From NCBI GenBank assembly GCA_013265495.1, contig MU057487.1, positions 124,001 to 188,000 of the forward strand: a stretch of 64,000 nucleotides of DNA, read 5' to 3'. Positions 1 to 12,640 of the stretch are shown piece after piece. The stretch comes from Vicugna vicugna (lineage: Eukaryota). Below the pieces are notes generated by a model. The model was given only the letters and a program-made list of their open reading frames with translations, ran no database searches and had not been told where the DNA came from. The translations under genes and the position numbers were made by a program. Position 1 is the first letter of the stretch. The number at the start of each line of letters is the position of its first letter.

Positions 1-24
1 ATAGATGTCAGAACGCGGAGGAAG

Positions 25-410
25 TCATACTCAAAGCCCTTCATGGCTCCCATTTCACTAGAAGTCAGTCTCATAAAAACACTCGAGGCTCCAGATGATC
101 TGGTCTCGCCCATTACCTCTCTCATGGGCTCTCCCACTGTTCGCCACATCACTCACTCCTCTCCCATCACTCTTTCTTGTTATTCCTTGTATTACTTGGC
201 ACTCTCTAGTTTCAGATACTTGTACTTGCTGCTACCTGCTGCCTCTTCCCCTTGCCACATCGCTAGCTACTTCAAGTCTTTCCTCAAAGGTTATCTCCTT
301 GAGGAGGCTTACTTTGACACTTAAAAATTGAAAGCTGCCTCTCATTCCCTCCTTCCCAAATTCCCCTTTCTTCTAGTTTTTCTTTCTTTTCCATAGCATA
401 TCTTTTAGCA
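25..410 (+). mobile_element. L2 fragment
   Basis: ctcaaagcccttcatggctcccatttcact... followed by pyrimidine-rich L2-like sequence. Confidence 0.6.
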
Positions 411-429
411 GAGATAAAGAACATTTCAG

Positions 430-778
430 AAAGACAAAAAGTCAATTCGTCAAGAAAATTAATAATACTTCTAAATATATAAAAGAAGGAATCATAGGAG
501 AAGTCAGAAAATATTTTGAATTACATAATAATGAAATACAACATGTCAACATTGTGGGATGCAACTGAAGCAGTGATTAAAGGGAAATTTACATTTGTAC
601 ATGTCTGTAACATAAAAGAAAAAAAGGTTTAAAATCAATGATCTAAATTTCCACAGTAAGACAGTGGTAAACAAAAAGCAAACTGAACACAGGGTAGAAA
701 CAAAGGAAATAATAAAGAAAAGAGGCAAAAATCAATGACATATAACAACTAAGGAAGAAAATTAAGAAAGCCAAAGGG
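430..778 (+). mobile_element. L1M ORF2 fragment
   Basis: A-rich strand with aaaatattttgaatt...tgtgggatgcaactgaagcagtgattaaagggaaattt. Confidence 0.75.
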
Positions 779-1054
779 ATGACTCCAGATCCTGTAAACA
801 GGAGCAGTAGAATGAGTCACTTTTAGGTCACAATGCTCCTACCTGCTGCTGCTCCTCCACCCTGTGCAGTTCCTCCCTACTATCCTTACAAACTTGATGC
901 TCTCCTTCATTTTTTAATTGACCCTCGTTTTTAATATTTAGGGGGTTTTGTTAGAAAAATCTGAAGAGGAAAGGAGGGACTATCAAACTGGAAATTACGA
1001 GGCATTCATGTAGATTTGAATAGGTATGACTCTCTCTGTTCCTGTGCACACACT

Positions 1055-1517
1055 TGTTTGCAACATAACTTGGCTGCTCCTCCCACGGAGAGGTAGACTC
1101 TATTTCTCCATCCCTTGCATCTGGGCTTAGCCATGTCACTGCTTTGGAAAATGGGACATTAACAAATGTGACAAGCAGTGGCTTGCACATTGGGACTTAA
1201 CTCTCTTGCTGTTCTTTCTATTGCCATGTAAATCAGCCAGGGCTAGCCTGCTGGATGATGAGAGACATGTGGCTTAATCATCCCCATCACCCCAGCCAAC
1301 AGCCTGCCAACTACCAGATATGTCAGTAAGGCTGTCTTAGATCATCTAACCTCCAGCTGACCCAGCAGCTGACCATGGATGCATGAGCCAACCAGGCAGA
1401 GATCAGCCAAGTCAAGCCAGATCAAACTAGTCCAGCTAACTAATCATGAGCTAATTAAACTTGTTTCAAACCACGAAGTTTTGGGGAGCAAGTTATGCAG
1501 CAAAAGCTAACTGAAAG
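1055..1517 (+). mobile_element. MLT1 (G/H-like) ERVL-MaLR solo LTR
   Basis: Contains ctctatttctccatcccttgcatctgggc...agccagggctagcctgctggatgatgagaga...aagttttgggg...ttatgcagcaaaagctaactg. Confidence 0.7.
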
Positions 1518-1544
1518 CATTAAAAAATTATTCTATCATTTTTC

Positions 1545-1990
1545 ATGATTCATTCAACAGACACCGACTGAATACCTTCTGTGTGTAAGGCCTTCTGCTA
1601 GGTTCAGGGATCTGAAGCCAAGTAAGACATGGTTTCTACCTAGAGGGGGCTACAATCCATAGCAGTGAACGGGTATCAGCAAATAGATAATGGCAGTGTA
1701 GTGTGATGGATACTGAAAAACTAGGTATGATTAAAAAAAAGGGGGGATACACAGTGAGCATGGGTAACTCATTAACCTGAGATGGTCTAGGAAAAAAACA
1801 TCAAAATTGGGTCCTCACAAACGATCTGAAGTTTACCAGACAAAGAATTTGGGGGAGGGCATTCTAGGCAAAGGAAAAAGCATATATAAAGGCTCAGAGA
1901 CATGAAAGGATAGAGAGGGTTTGAGAAATGGTGTAGCAACGTAGCCTGTAAGAGGAAGGAACAGAAGTTATGATTAAGGAAATCGAGTCA
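1545..1990 (-). mobile_element. L2 3' fragment
   Basis: Contains attcattcaacag..actgaatacct.ctgtgtg..aggc..tgctagg...gggcattctaggcaaagg. Confidence 0.65.
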
Positions 1991-2889
1991 AAAACTATTT
2001 GATAAGAAGTCCTATTACAGAAATATTACAAAATTAATAAGAAACCACTAAGTAAAAAATCATGAGTGAATTATGACAATTATTTTCCTTCCTCCTAACT
2101 AGTTGGAATATGAATTATCTCCCTTCCTCCCATCCTTTGACTCTGACCCCTGTGCAGTGTCTAAGTAGACCTATTGTGATGCAAGTCTCCTCTTGTCTAC
2201 TCTGCTTATCCTGTTAGTTTAGTTCATGCTACCAGCCTCATTCTGTTAAGCCCATTTAATCACACTTACTGTTCAAGTTGGAGCACACGAACACCTTAAT
2301 TGGCATATATACCCTCAATCATATGAGAAGCACAGTATTTGAAAAACAATTTAACTGTTTTAATATTGATTTTAATCAACAATTTTCTAAAGTCAGCTCC
2401 TTGGAACTTAGTGGAAAGTAATTGGTTTAAAGTGCAAAAGCAAACTTACTTGTTAATTAATGCATTCCTCAAGTAACACTATAGTCATGGGTATTTTACT
2501 AAAGAACATCTCTCTAGCATTTGAGAAGCATACATGTGCGGAACCATTCAAAGTGAATCTCTGCCTGAAGCCTTTCCTTCTCTGGAACGTGTCCACTGTC
2601 CATGTACTTGGTATATTACCAGATATACAGTGGGGCAGAGAAGGAGGAGAAAGTAGTAGTAATTCCTGTGTGATGTGAGGCATGTCACAACCTTCCAGAA
2701 TTAGGCCTACCCTGGCATCAGTGCTCAATAAACGCTTGTTGAATGAACTTACACAGGCAGACTCAGCTTCGATTTCTCCAAACATAAAATGAGAAACTAA
2801 ACGATTGTTAAAGTACCTACCAATCCCAAGATTCAAGCATTTTCCCACAAGACAATTCAAAAGAATGCAAAATGTATACATCACTTCAA

Positions 2890-2895
2890 TTTATT
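2890..2895 (-). terminator. Candidate distal poly(A) signal AATAAA
   Basis: Minus strand AATAAAttgaagtgatgtatacattttgcattcttttgaattgtcttgt: hexamer followed by a U/GU-rich downstream element. Confidence 0.55.
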
Positions 2896-3339
2896 TAGTC
2901 TTATCTAATACATCAATGTATTTGCTCTTTAAAAGGAACAAAGTATAAAACTATAAAAAATGATCATTAAAATTATACAAATTTTTTTCAAAGCATGATT
3001 TTAAATACGGATCTTAAAAAGTGTGATTGAGATATGCCACAAGGAATCATAAGAAAATGTAAAATGTGAGAAATGAACATTAATGTGGAAGCCAATTGCT
3101 CATTTACAATTGTAGAAGAAAAGTGTAAGGAAATTGTGATGAATTATAACTTTATTTCTGCTGCTGTCAGCAGTACTTCCGTGATGGAATTCACAAATTT
3201 CATTAGGACTTTGAATAAATGTGTTACATACTAATGCTCTAAGTTAATTCTAAATCATACCTTAAGCATTTCACAGACCTTGAAAGCACTGTACTTTTTG
3301 GCTTTGATAACGACTGCAAATACTTCTCTTTTTAAAAAA

Positions 3340-3650
3340 AATTGTTGTAAAATACACATTACATAAAATTTACCATTTAAACCATTTTAAAGTGTACAAT
3401 TCAGTGGTACTTAGTACATTCACAACGTTGTGCAATCAACGCTGTATTGTTCTAGAACATTTTCACCACCAAAAGGAAACCAGTACCCATTAAGCAGTCA
3501 GTTCCCCTGTTCCCTCCCCACAGGCCCTAGTAACCATGAATCTGATTGCTCGCAACAGATTTGCCTATTCTGGATTATTTCATATAAATGAAGTCATGCA
3601 ATATGTGGCTTTTTGGATCTAGATTCTTTCACTTAGCATGTTTTTCAAGA
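3340..3650 (-). mobile_element. L1M 3'-end fragment within the FBXO30 3'UTR
   Basis: Contains aaaatttaccattt..ccattttaaagtgtacaattcagtgg...gatttgcctattctgga..tttcatataaatg. Confidence 0.8.
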
Positions 3651-6600
3651 AATACTGTATCCTTTTGCATTTAAGAGTTAAAAAAAAACCTTTATGCAAA
3701 TCATAAGCAGAAGATACTTTGGAAACTAAACTGACATCTGAGGTAAGTTAATGAGTCAGTGCAATTACCTTTCAGAATGTAATTCAAGTTTTCAGGACTG
3801 ATTGGTGCTTAAACACTGATCAAGTGAACAACTTTTAACATTTTAAATGCAGCATAGACGTCTTTAGAATTCATGTCCACCAAATTATTAACCATTTAAA
3901 GCAATTTATGTCATATGTCAGTTTTTAATCATAAAACTATTGGAATGTTGTAGGGAACCAATACTATTCTCCATTTTTATTTCAAATCTCTAATTTGAAG
4001 GTAACAATTTTAAAAGTTACCAGTTGATAGGAAAGACATCCACTTGACATAATTAAATATTCAATGGGTAATTTTACTCTTGAACAGATGTAATACCCTA
4101 TTATTGTTTCTATTTCTGTGGTTTGATTTCTTTTAATCAAATAATGTAATTAAACCTGAATGCTGAAACTTCAATTTTTCAACACTACAAATTGTGAGCT
4201 GAGAGACTTTAAAAGAAGCTGAATAAGTTACTTAATCAAATCTAAACTTTATTGACCAAAACTACTAAACATAGGCTGATTAGCAAAATAAGGTTTTAAA
4301 AACTCTATGTCCTTAATCTAGGTTTTTTTTGATCACCAGATCAGAAAATTGAAGTCATGGGATAAACAAGCAATACTGACAATTAAAATGAAAAGGGGGA
4401 CTTAATGAAAAAACAATTTCTAGGAGGAAAGCAAAAGGCAGGATCTCCTTTTTCCGACTTCAATCTTCTGAACAGTAACAAATCATTGCTACTGTTCTTA
4501 TCTTATTAGACCACTGAATAATTTAACAATTAATGTTACTCTTTGACTGTAGAATGAACCAACACATATATCATCCTATTTACCTGTTTAAAGATCTTGT
4601 CTGAGTAAAAAAAAATTCTAACAATTTATATTAGAAAAAGGTAAAATTCAAATCTGATGAATTTGCTTTTACTGGAAAAGGACAATTTGACCTGATGAGT
4701 TCGTAACTCTTAGTGTTTCAACAGAAATACAGTTTACTTTCAAACACACACACTATTACCACCACTAGAACTACTCATATATTGAAGAATCATTTTGTAT
4801 CATAATATTTGCATGCAAATGGGTTAATTAAATGATTTGGGGGATGCTTAAAATTTTATTGATGTTAGTGAAAAAGAAATAGATTTCCTTTGTTTCTGTT
4901 GTCAGTTTACTTCAGAAATGCATTTCTTCATAGTAAATAATAGATGCTTCAATATAGCATGTCAAAAATAAAAAAAATTATAAAATAGGACATTCGTATC
5001 AATGAACTTTTACTGTATTTCTCTAGAGCATGTTCATGAATCATCCTTGTAACTCATTTCTTTGTAGTTTATTAATGAAAAGTCACTCCCCACAAAATAC
5101 ATTGGAAGTCAAAAATATCCTGAACCCAAAATGTCAGTTTTGAAATGTTCTAAGGTAAAAAAGCAATTTGAGATGTATCTCCATTAGTACATCTCAAGAT
5201 GTATTAAAATCTACTTGGCCAATTTATGGAGATTCTAAGTGCAAATAAACGCATGTATAAATAATGCATTTACAGAATCTACTAATCACAGATGCAATAA
5301 AATACTTATAAAAGTTCAGCTAAAGACCCTATTTTTGCAAAGGATTTTCAGAGTAGCATACTATAGTTAATTTCTACTTTCTTTCCTTTTGGTATTAACC
5401 AATAATTCTTTCCAAAACACTTACTAGGAATCAAATATTCTAGGTAACAGTATTTCCCTACATCATACGTCCCTTCTCAGTCTGCATTTGTAAAGAAGAA
5501 AAGTGAACTGTGTCAGAACACCTGCCTCTCAAAGACCCCAAAACATTCATCAGTACCTAAACTTTGAGTACATTTTTAAATCCATACAATGGAAGCGTAA
5601 AATAAAGATCTTATCTTTTGAACTTACTTTGATCTTATAAATCAAAGAAAATATTTGTGTAAAAGGTAACTTTCAAAGAAACCATTCTTCCCATTCTCCT
5701 ATTTAGAAAGGAATTTACTGGCATTGGCCTTTACTTGTACATCTTAAACTTTTTTGTTTGGAAATCAGATTTAGTCATATCCTAAAAAAACCTATTACTG
5801 AATTATTTTAAATACAATGGATGAGTCACTGATGAGCTGATTCTCTTTAAAAGGTAACTAATATTCTCTTGCTTCCTAGGCCTCACAAGAATGTTAATTA
5901 ATACTAAGAGCTGTATTTAGTTAACCAGCCAAACATACATCAGGGAAATTATTTTCATCAAAAGGCTCTATCCAGACTTTTGAAAGAATGAGGGCCAATT
6001 GCTTTCTTTCTACTGCAATTCTAAACATCCACCTCTGCAGATTCCAATTGTGTCACCTTCCAATGCGGTGTGTTTTACATGGAACGTAGTTTTTAATGTT
6101 TGCATAACTATTCCTTAGAAAATTTTTAAACCTAATAGACTTTAAGCCTTTTTAGGTTGGGATGCAAAACATGAAGAAATCTGTTTTGCTTCTAAACACC
6201 AAAAACTACATTCAAATTGCCAGGGATTAAAAATCTGTTACCAGTACAGCAGTATAAACTACCATATCTTCAAAGATCCCAGTATTAACTATCCCTTAAC
6301 ATTGGGTAACAGCAACAACATTGCTGGGATATGTAGCACAGGGTCAAAGACCAAAAAACGATTCTATACTACTGGTAAACCAGAAACACAGTCTTTACCA
6401 TCTCTTGCTGATAGGGTTCAAAGAATTCCTACAAAATTCTTGTAAAATTTAATCCAGTATCTTTTTACATCTACTCTGTTTATCCTAGAGATCTAATATG
6501 TTCACATGACTCTGCAACCACTAAACACAGGAATGAACGATGACTAGGCTAAATGTTAGTGCTAATAATGAACAGTAAGTTTCACTGCAATTTACCCTGA

Positions 6601-6879
6601 CCAGAAGAAACACTAGTGAAATACTAGAAATAACAGTAAATTAAAAATACTAGTAAATATTAGCTTTTTAAAAAAAATGTCCAACAACCATGGTACCCAA
6701 TATATTTTGTCATATGGTTGTAAGATTGAGACAACATATAAAATTAAATTCAATCATTAATACTAATAAATTACTATTCCTCTTAATTTTGGATTATACA
6801 CATATGTACCTACACATATGCACCTGCTCCAGTAACACATCATTCATAGAATAGCTGGCGTGTCCCAGGCTTTCCTCTA

Positions 6880-7060
6880 AATTCTCATACTTTATTGTGC
6901 ATCAGAATCACCTGGGAGGCCTCTGTTAAAAGACTGCGGGTTCCCACCCTAGAGTTTCTGACTCTGTAAGTCTGTGGAGAGGCTCTAGAATTTGCATTTC
7001 TACCAAATTTCCAGGTGATGCTGATGCTACTGTCCAGGGACCACACTTGGGGAACCATTA
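6880..7060. mobile_element. MER5A-like hAT-Charlie element
   Basis: Contains gcatcagaatcacctgggagg...gaatttgcatttcta...ccaggtgatgctgatgct...gggaccacactt. Confidence 0.8.
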
Positions 7061-7539
7061 CTATTGGTGATCTGTGGTTCTCAGGAGAGAGAGAGAGGGG
7101 TAGGAGAGAAGAAGGCAGCGAATAAAAGAGAATTCAGGTATTTGCCTCCTTCCTGACACTTGTTCTTACCTTGCTGATTAGCAAAGACTAAGGAATCAAC
7201 AAAGACTTCTCAAATGACAATTTACTTGGCCAACACACAAAACTTTTCATGCTTAAAAGTCTAGATAGATTGTTCCCATTACAAAGTTAAGAAAAATAAC
7301 ATTGCCAGAAAATTCAGCCTTTCAGAAATATCCCTAGGTGGGACTACTTTCAAGAAAACACTGAAGGGGCAGAGAAAGCTAACTAATGAGATTTCCATAT
7401 TAAAAAAAAAAAATTCATGTTCACCAGTAAAACCTGGGCGAGCAATGATAATCAACAAGCAAGTCCTACAACATGCAGAAAATCCCCACTATAGAAACAA
7501 TATGACTGTGTCTGGAATTTGTCAAACAAGGATTAAAAT

Positions 7540-7545
7540 TTTATT
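7540..7545 (-). terminator. Candidate proximal poly(A) signal AATAAA
   Basis: Minus strand AATAAAattttaatccttgtttgac, preceded by a U-rich stretch, ~2.3 kb after the stop codon. Confidence 0.45.
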
Positions 7546-8728
7546 TAAATGTTAAGTTTTTCATTTTTAAGTTACTGAGCCATATACGGGAAAATATTAA
7601 TTTTATTAGAATCTGAACAAATGTTGCACAAAGAACACATTTTAACAAAATAGTATGGTGGCATAACAGCAACAACAACAAAAAACTGCCAAAGATGTGT
7701 AAAAGAAATAAAAGGTGGAAAATGTTAAATATCTCATGATCCAGTGTGGAAAACAAAAAGTCAAAACTTAAAAAACAAGGATTTTAAAAAGCATAACCAT
7801 AAAACAAGTTAATGTTTGTGCTATCCTAACCAGACACATTCTTCAGCAAAGCTTTAAAAGGCAGTTACAGTTTACAGTATTTGATACCTCATTTCTGACT
7901 TCTTCTCAGAGGCTGTTTATGTAATTCAATCTCTCAGTTGAAAAAGATAGTTTAAGTACTGAGAAGTAAGTATTCTACTAATTAAAATGACAAGTGAAGC
8001 AAAACAATTGATTAGTGTTTAATGCTATAGTTTTCAACTGTAATAAGGATTTGATCCAACCAAAACAAGTCTTAAGTAGTTCAGAATTCTTTCCTAATGC
8101 CCAAGGAACGCCTCTGCCCAGCCCGACTGCCATATATGGGAATCAAGAACCTAGTTAACAACAGAGCACTCTCAGGGACACATGTAGGAAGAGAAGACAA
8201 AGTAGAGTTTTGAAATTTTGTAACAAGGTAATTTGTCACCATTTCAGACTACCAAATGCCAGAAGTTACCTAAATTATTTAAGTACATGTTCCCATCCTT
8301 GCAATTTATTTCTTAATACTGACATATTCATTTTTTCAAACTGACCATATCAGGTTAATAACAGTATAAATCAATTTGAACACTATAATAAAATAGTTCA
8401 AGAGTAGGTCTTTGAATATTTTTGTTATACTCTGATTTTTACACAAAGATGCAATTCTTACTTTTTGGTAGCAAAGTCTATGGAATATTAACCTGGAAAT
8501 GTTTTAGAGATTGTCAGCCAAGACAGGTTTCTGCATTTCACGATTGTCATCTTACAAAGATATCAAGTGTCACACTTTTAAATGTCTTAAAAAACATAAT
8601 TGTGGTTTTTAGAAACATCAAAAGGCAATAATTTTAAACGCTTATGAAAAAAAGTTAAGCCCTTTACATTTTGATTATTTGAAATTTATTCACACAACAT
8701 GCCCAATTCAAACTTAAAATGAGGTATT

Positions 8729-9072
8729 CAGTCGTCCCTCAATATCCATGGGAAAGTGGTTCCAGGATCCCCGTGTGGTACCAGAATTCACAGATGTTCA
8801 AGTCCCTTATATAAAATGGTGTAGTCTTTGCACATAACCTATGCACACCCTCCCATATACTTTAAATCATCTCTAGATTACTTAGAATACCTAATACAAT
8901 GTCAATTTTATGTAAATAGTTGTAAATATAATGTAAGTGCTATGTAAATAGTTTAGGTGAGGGGCAAAGTCAAGTTTTGCTTTTTGGAATTTTATGGAAA
9001 ATTTTTTTCAAATTATTTTCCATTATGGTTGAATCCATGGATACTGAATTTGCAGATATGAAGGCCCGACTG
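8729..9072. mobile_element. MER2-like TcMar-Tigger MITE within the FBXO30 3'UTR
   Basis: TIR-like ends CAGTCGTCCCTC...GAAGGCCCGACTG followed by TA, 344 bp. Internal sequence (caagtcccttatataaaatgg, ctttaaatcatctctagattactt) is typical of MER2. Confidence 0.85.
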
Positions 9073-9875
9073 TATTTTTTTGTCTCTAAATATCAAATAC
9101 GTAGCATACATATAAAATACCATATACAGCTTCAAATTAAATAAATTCACAGGCTTTTTGTTTGCTTTTGCTTTAACCTGTCATATAGCACGCTGCCTGG
9201 AGTCTTTGGATGTGGCATCTAACAAAAAAAAAGCTGCATACAGTCACTCTCTGTAAGAGAGCTATAAATATGTAAGGTGAAAACACGTTTGTGGACTATT
9301 TTTAAAACATGATAAATGGCATTATCAAATATTACTCATGATTTTAAATATTATGTATATATTAGAGATCACCTACATATCAACAATCATATAAGGGAGT
9401 ACTAGAAAATAAACTTTTATAATGGTCTTATGCAGTATTTAAGCAATTCAAAGTTTTTATCTCAAAAGCCTATGATGTAAAAATCAGAATCAAAGTTTTG
9501 CTTTTTGAATGCATGGGTTGTAACCCACAGAAAATCTGAGGAAAACTGTTTGGTCAGGATCTTGTTAGTTTAAGAAGCAAAAAATTTAAGAACCAAAATA
9601 TGCACACCATTAAAAATACTAATTCTGAAAATTATTAGCTAAAAATTAAATCACCCTGTCCAGCAAGTTCCAAAAAAATCACACATTTCAAACATTAAGG
9701 CAATTTTTTTCCAACTAAACAGTACTTTATAAAAATATATGTCACTTCAAGACGTTATATACACGGTGACAATAAATTTAGCTAGCTGTACTCTTTAATA
9801 CATTAATAAAGTGTCACATACTAAAAAGAAACCATGCTAGGTGCTCGCATGGATGTGCAAGTGGAGCTACAGTTT

Positions 9876-10079
9876 CTAAAGTACAGGTTTTAAAACTGAG
9901 CGAAGTGACCGTCCTTCTTTAGTGAGTTCTCGTGTCACACACATACACGGCAATGGGATTGCTTCCTCACGTTTCTCTACAATATTGTAACTGCATTTCT
10001 TCAAGTGGTCAGCCATGCTTAAGATGTCAGCAAATTTCCATTCATTGACAGAACAAAATGCAGTACTGAATCGCCATAC
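9876..10079 (-). CDS. FBXO30: FBXO30 coding part of terminal exon 3 (67 aa + TAG)
   Basis: Acceptor ttttctttTAG|GTATGG at 10080/10079. It translates in phase 0 as VWRFSTAFCSVNEWKFADILSMADHLKKCSYNIVEKREEAIPLPCMCVTRELTKEGRSLRSVLKPVL*. Not in the ORF track. Total protein 744 aa. Confidence 0.95.
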   Translation of the reverse strand, partial: VWRFSTAFCSVNEWKFADILSMADHLKKCSYNIVEKREEAIPLPCMCVTRELTKEGRSLRSVLKPVL

Positions 10080-11479
10080 CTAAAAGAAAATTCTACTTCA
10101 GATTTAAACAAGCCGATTTACGAGAATCAAAACATACTTCTTGCTCTAACTGCATACATTTCTAACTGTCAGAGAAACACCCAATATAAAGCTTCAAGGA
10201 GTTAGCTACAAAGCTGAAAAGTAGTAATCCATTTGGATACAAATCTGTTTATCAAATAATCATAAAATAAATCACTTACTTGACATTATGATTTCAATAA
10301 AGGTAATAACCAAAAAGAAAAGACAAAACTCAACATTAAAAATCACATCCAACCTGGCTTCTTTAGAATTTTTAAGAAATAACGTCATGAATTCAGAGCT
10401 ACTTCCTAAAATAATATATATTGTACACTAGTCTTTCATCCTATCCAAACGTCTGTATACACAGACCTATTTAGTCTGGAGATATTGACAATATGAGCGT
10501 TACTTTTTCCTCCAAGTGTTTCTCTCATTTCTATGATACCATTTAAAGTATACTCAAAATACTCTAGAATACTGTGCCAAGGTTGTTTTTCTTCCTATTT
10601 ATAAGTAGTGAAGGCACTCAGTAATACTGAAGAATGCAAGTGCTTCAATTTTTTCAAAATGTTTCTGGAAACTTTTATAGGAAGAGCTTTTTGTAAAATG
10701 AATCTTAGTTTAAATCTTAGTTTAAATCATAAAATGCATTTCTGGGGAAAATATTCATCTACCATCCTTGCTCATGTGTCTGCTGATAAAATTAAGAACT
10801 ACTTTCTCTTCTGCCCACTTAGCAGCTCCAAGCCCTGAAGCACCGCCATCTCATTAGTCCAGCTGTGACTACTGCGGCCCCCTCTCATCTTTACAACTCA
10901 AAAGTACATAGTTATCTGAATGTAGGTAATAAACATGAACAGAGCAGGACAGGCCTAGGCATCCTAGCTCAGCTAATCAATGGGCACTTATCGAGAGAAC
11001 ACCGAATCCACGGCCCACAGCAGCAGCCGAGGATTTGAGGGGAAGCCCTCAGCACACACTAGAGCTCAGAACAGAACGGTACGAATTCTGGGTGGCCAGA
11101 TGCCTTCAAATTCTGTGGCAACAAAACTACTTTTCAGCTGGCAGAAGTTACCATGGTTCAGCACGTAGGGCACTTTATCGCTACACTTCTTAGGTTCTAT
11201 TAATTACCCCGCGTGGAGTCATCTCCCTGGAGTCAGTGAAGGCCTGGAGAGTAGCTATCAATACACATTATAGATTACAATTCCCCACACCCACGCAACT
11301 ACGCTAAGAATTAGGAGTTTTTGTTAAGCTTCACGGAACAAATTAGCTGAAAGATTCAATGGGGGCAGACAGCCTCCCTACTTCCAGACAGTTAGTCTGG
11401 TGAAACAAAAAACTCAAGAAAAAATGGATCGCTCCCATCTCCTGATGACAAGATAGTAATGGGCCAACTTTGCATCCAA

Positions 11480-12640
11480 GTATCCATCAAGTGTTCACTT
11501 GGATGCCGCTATATGGCAGGTGCTATGCTAAGCAGCAGATACCTGGTTCTCAGCCTCACTTCTTAAGGAACTTACAGTCTGCTGAAAGGAACTGGCAATT
11601 CATAGGTGAATTTCAAAACAGGACGGTGAGTGCTCTAGTAGGGGCATACGGAGTAGGGGTACACAACAGAGCGCCACACGAACACAGAGCAGTGCGCCTC
11701 CCTAAAGGCTTCAATGGGGCCTGAGAAGGCTTTCAAAGTAAGATCTGAAGAGTATGCAGGATATAGCAAGGAGATGACGATCACAAACTCCAGAAACAGG
11801 TTCCCTGGGTTTCAATCCATCAACTGGACAAGTTACTTAACCTCTCTAAACCTCAGTTTCTTCAACCATAAAATAGGGGCAGTAGATTAAATAAACAAAA
11901 GTAAAGTGCACAATGTCCAGCACATTGCAAATGTTCCAATGTAGGTACTAGGGACAGCATACTCAAAGGCCTTAAGGCAAGGAAGAAAGTATCAGACAAC
12001 TGTCAGTAAACTCTATGGCTGGGATATAAAGTGACAAAAGGAAACTGAAGTAAGTAAGGACAAGATTATGCAAAGTCCTACATGTTCCACTAAGGAGTCA
12101 ACCTCTACCTGAGGGCAATGGACAGACATTTAAAAAGTTTTTAAGCACTACAGCATAAGAACTATATATAAGAAATTATTTATCACTCTACCTCTTCTAT
12201 AGAGAATATGTTGGAAAGGGACTCGGTCGGAAATAGAAACCCAGTTAGGAAAAGAGAGAGAACTCCAGGTGGGACCAACTAAGGAAACAGCGTAGAAACA
12301 GTAAAGCAAACTTTTACTTTATGAAGAAGGGAGACAACAGGACTCTGCGATTACCTGGATATGGAAATAAAGACGAAAGGGGGGGGGGCCACCCTAACTC
12401 CCAAATTCCTAGTTTAGACAATGTGAGAGACGATAATGTCACCTTCTGAGATGAAAAGGGGTACAGAAGTGGAACAGGTTAGACATGTTGAGCTTGATGA
12501 AGCTGTGAGACAGTCAAGTGGAGAAGTCCAGTAGGTGCATATATGTAATGGTCTAGGGTTCAGAGGAGAAAATGGCCAGATAAACACATGTGAGTAATCT
12601 GTATAAATGATAGCAATTTAAACTCCAAAAGTAGATTAGA
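11480..12640 (-). mobile_element. L2 fragments interrupted by a MIR (~11790-11945) in FBXO30 intron 2
   Basis: L2-like tagacatgttgagcttga..gtcaagtggag; MIR core ggacaagttacttaacctctctaaacctcagtttcttca. Confidence 0.6.

Larger units (their letters stand above)
2870..9875 (-). other. FBXO30: Long FBXO30 3'UTR (distal end inferred)
   Basis: AT-rich, largely repeat-poor sequence downstream of the stop. Minus-strand AATAAA occurs at 7540-7545 and 2890-2895; the latter is followed by U/GU-rich sequence and then repeat-rich DNA resumes. Confidence 0.6.

Noticed and set aside
10701..10728. Short 12-bp tandem duplications (also ~57508-57530)
   Set aside because: Ordinary slippage duplications with no sign of function.
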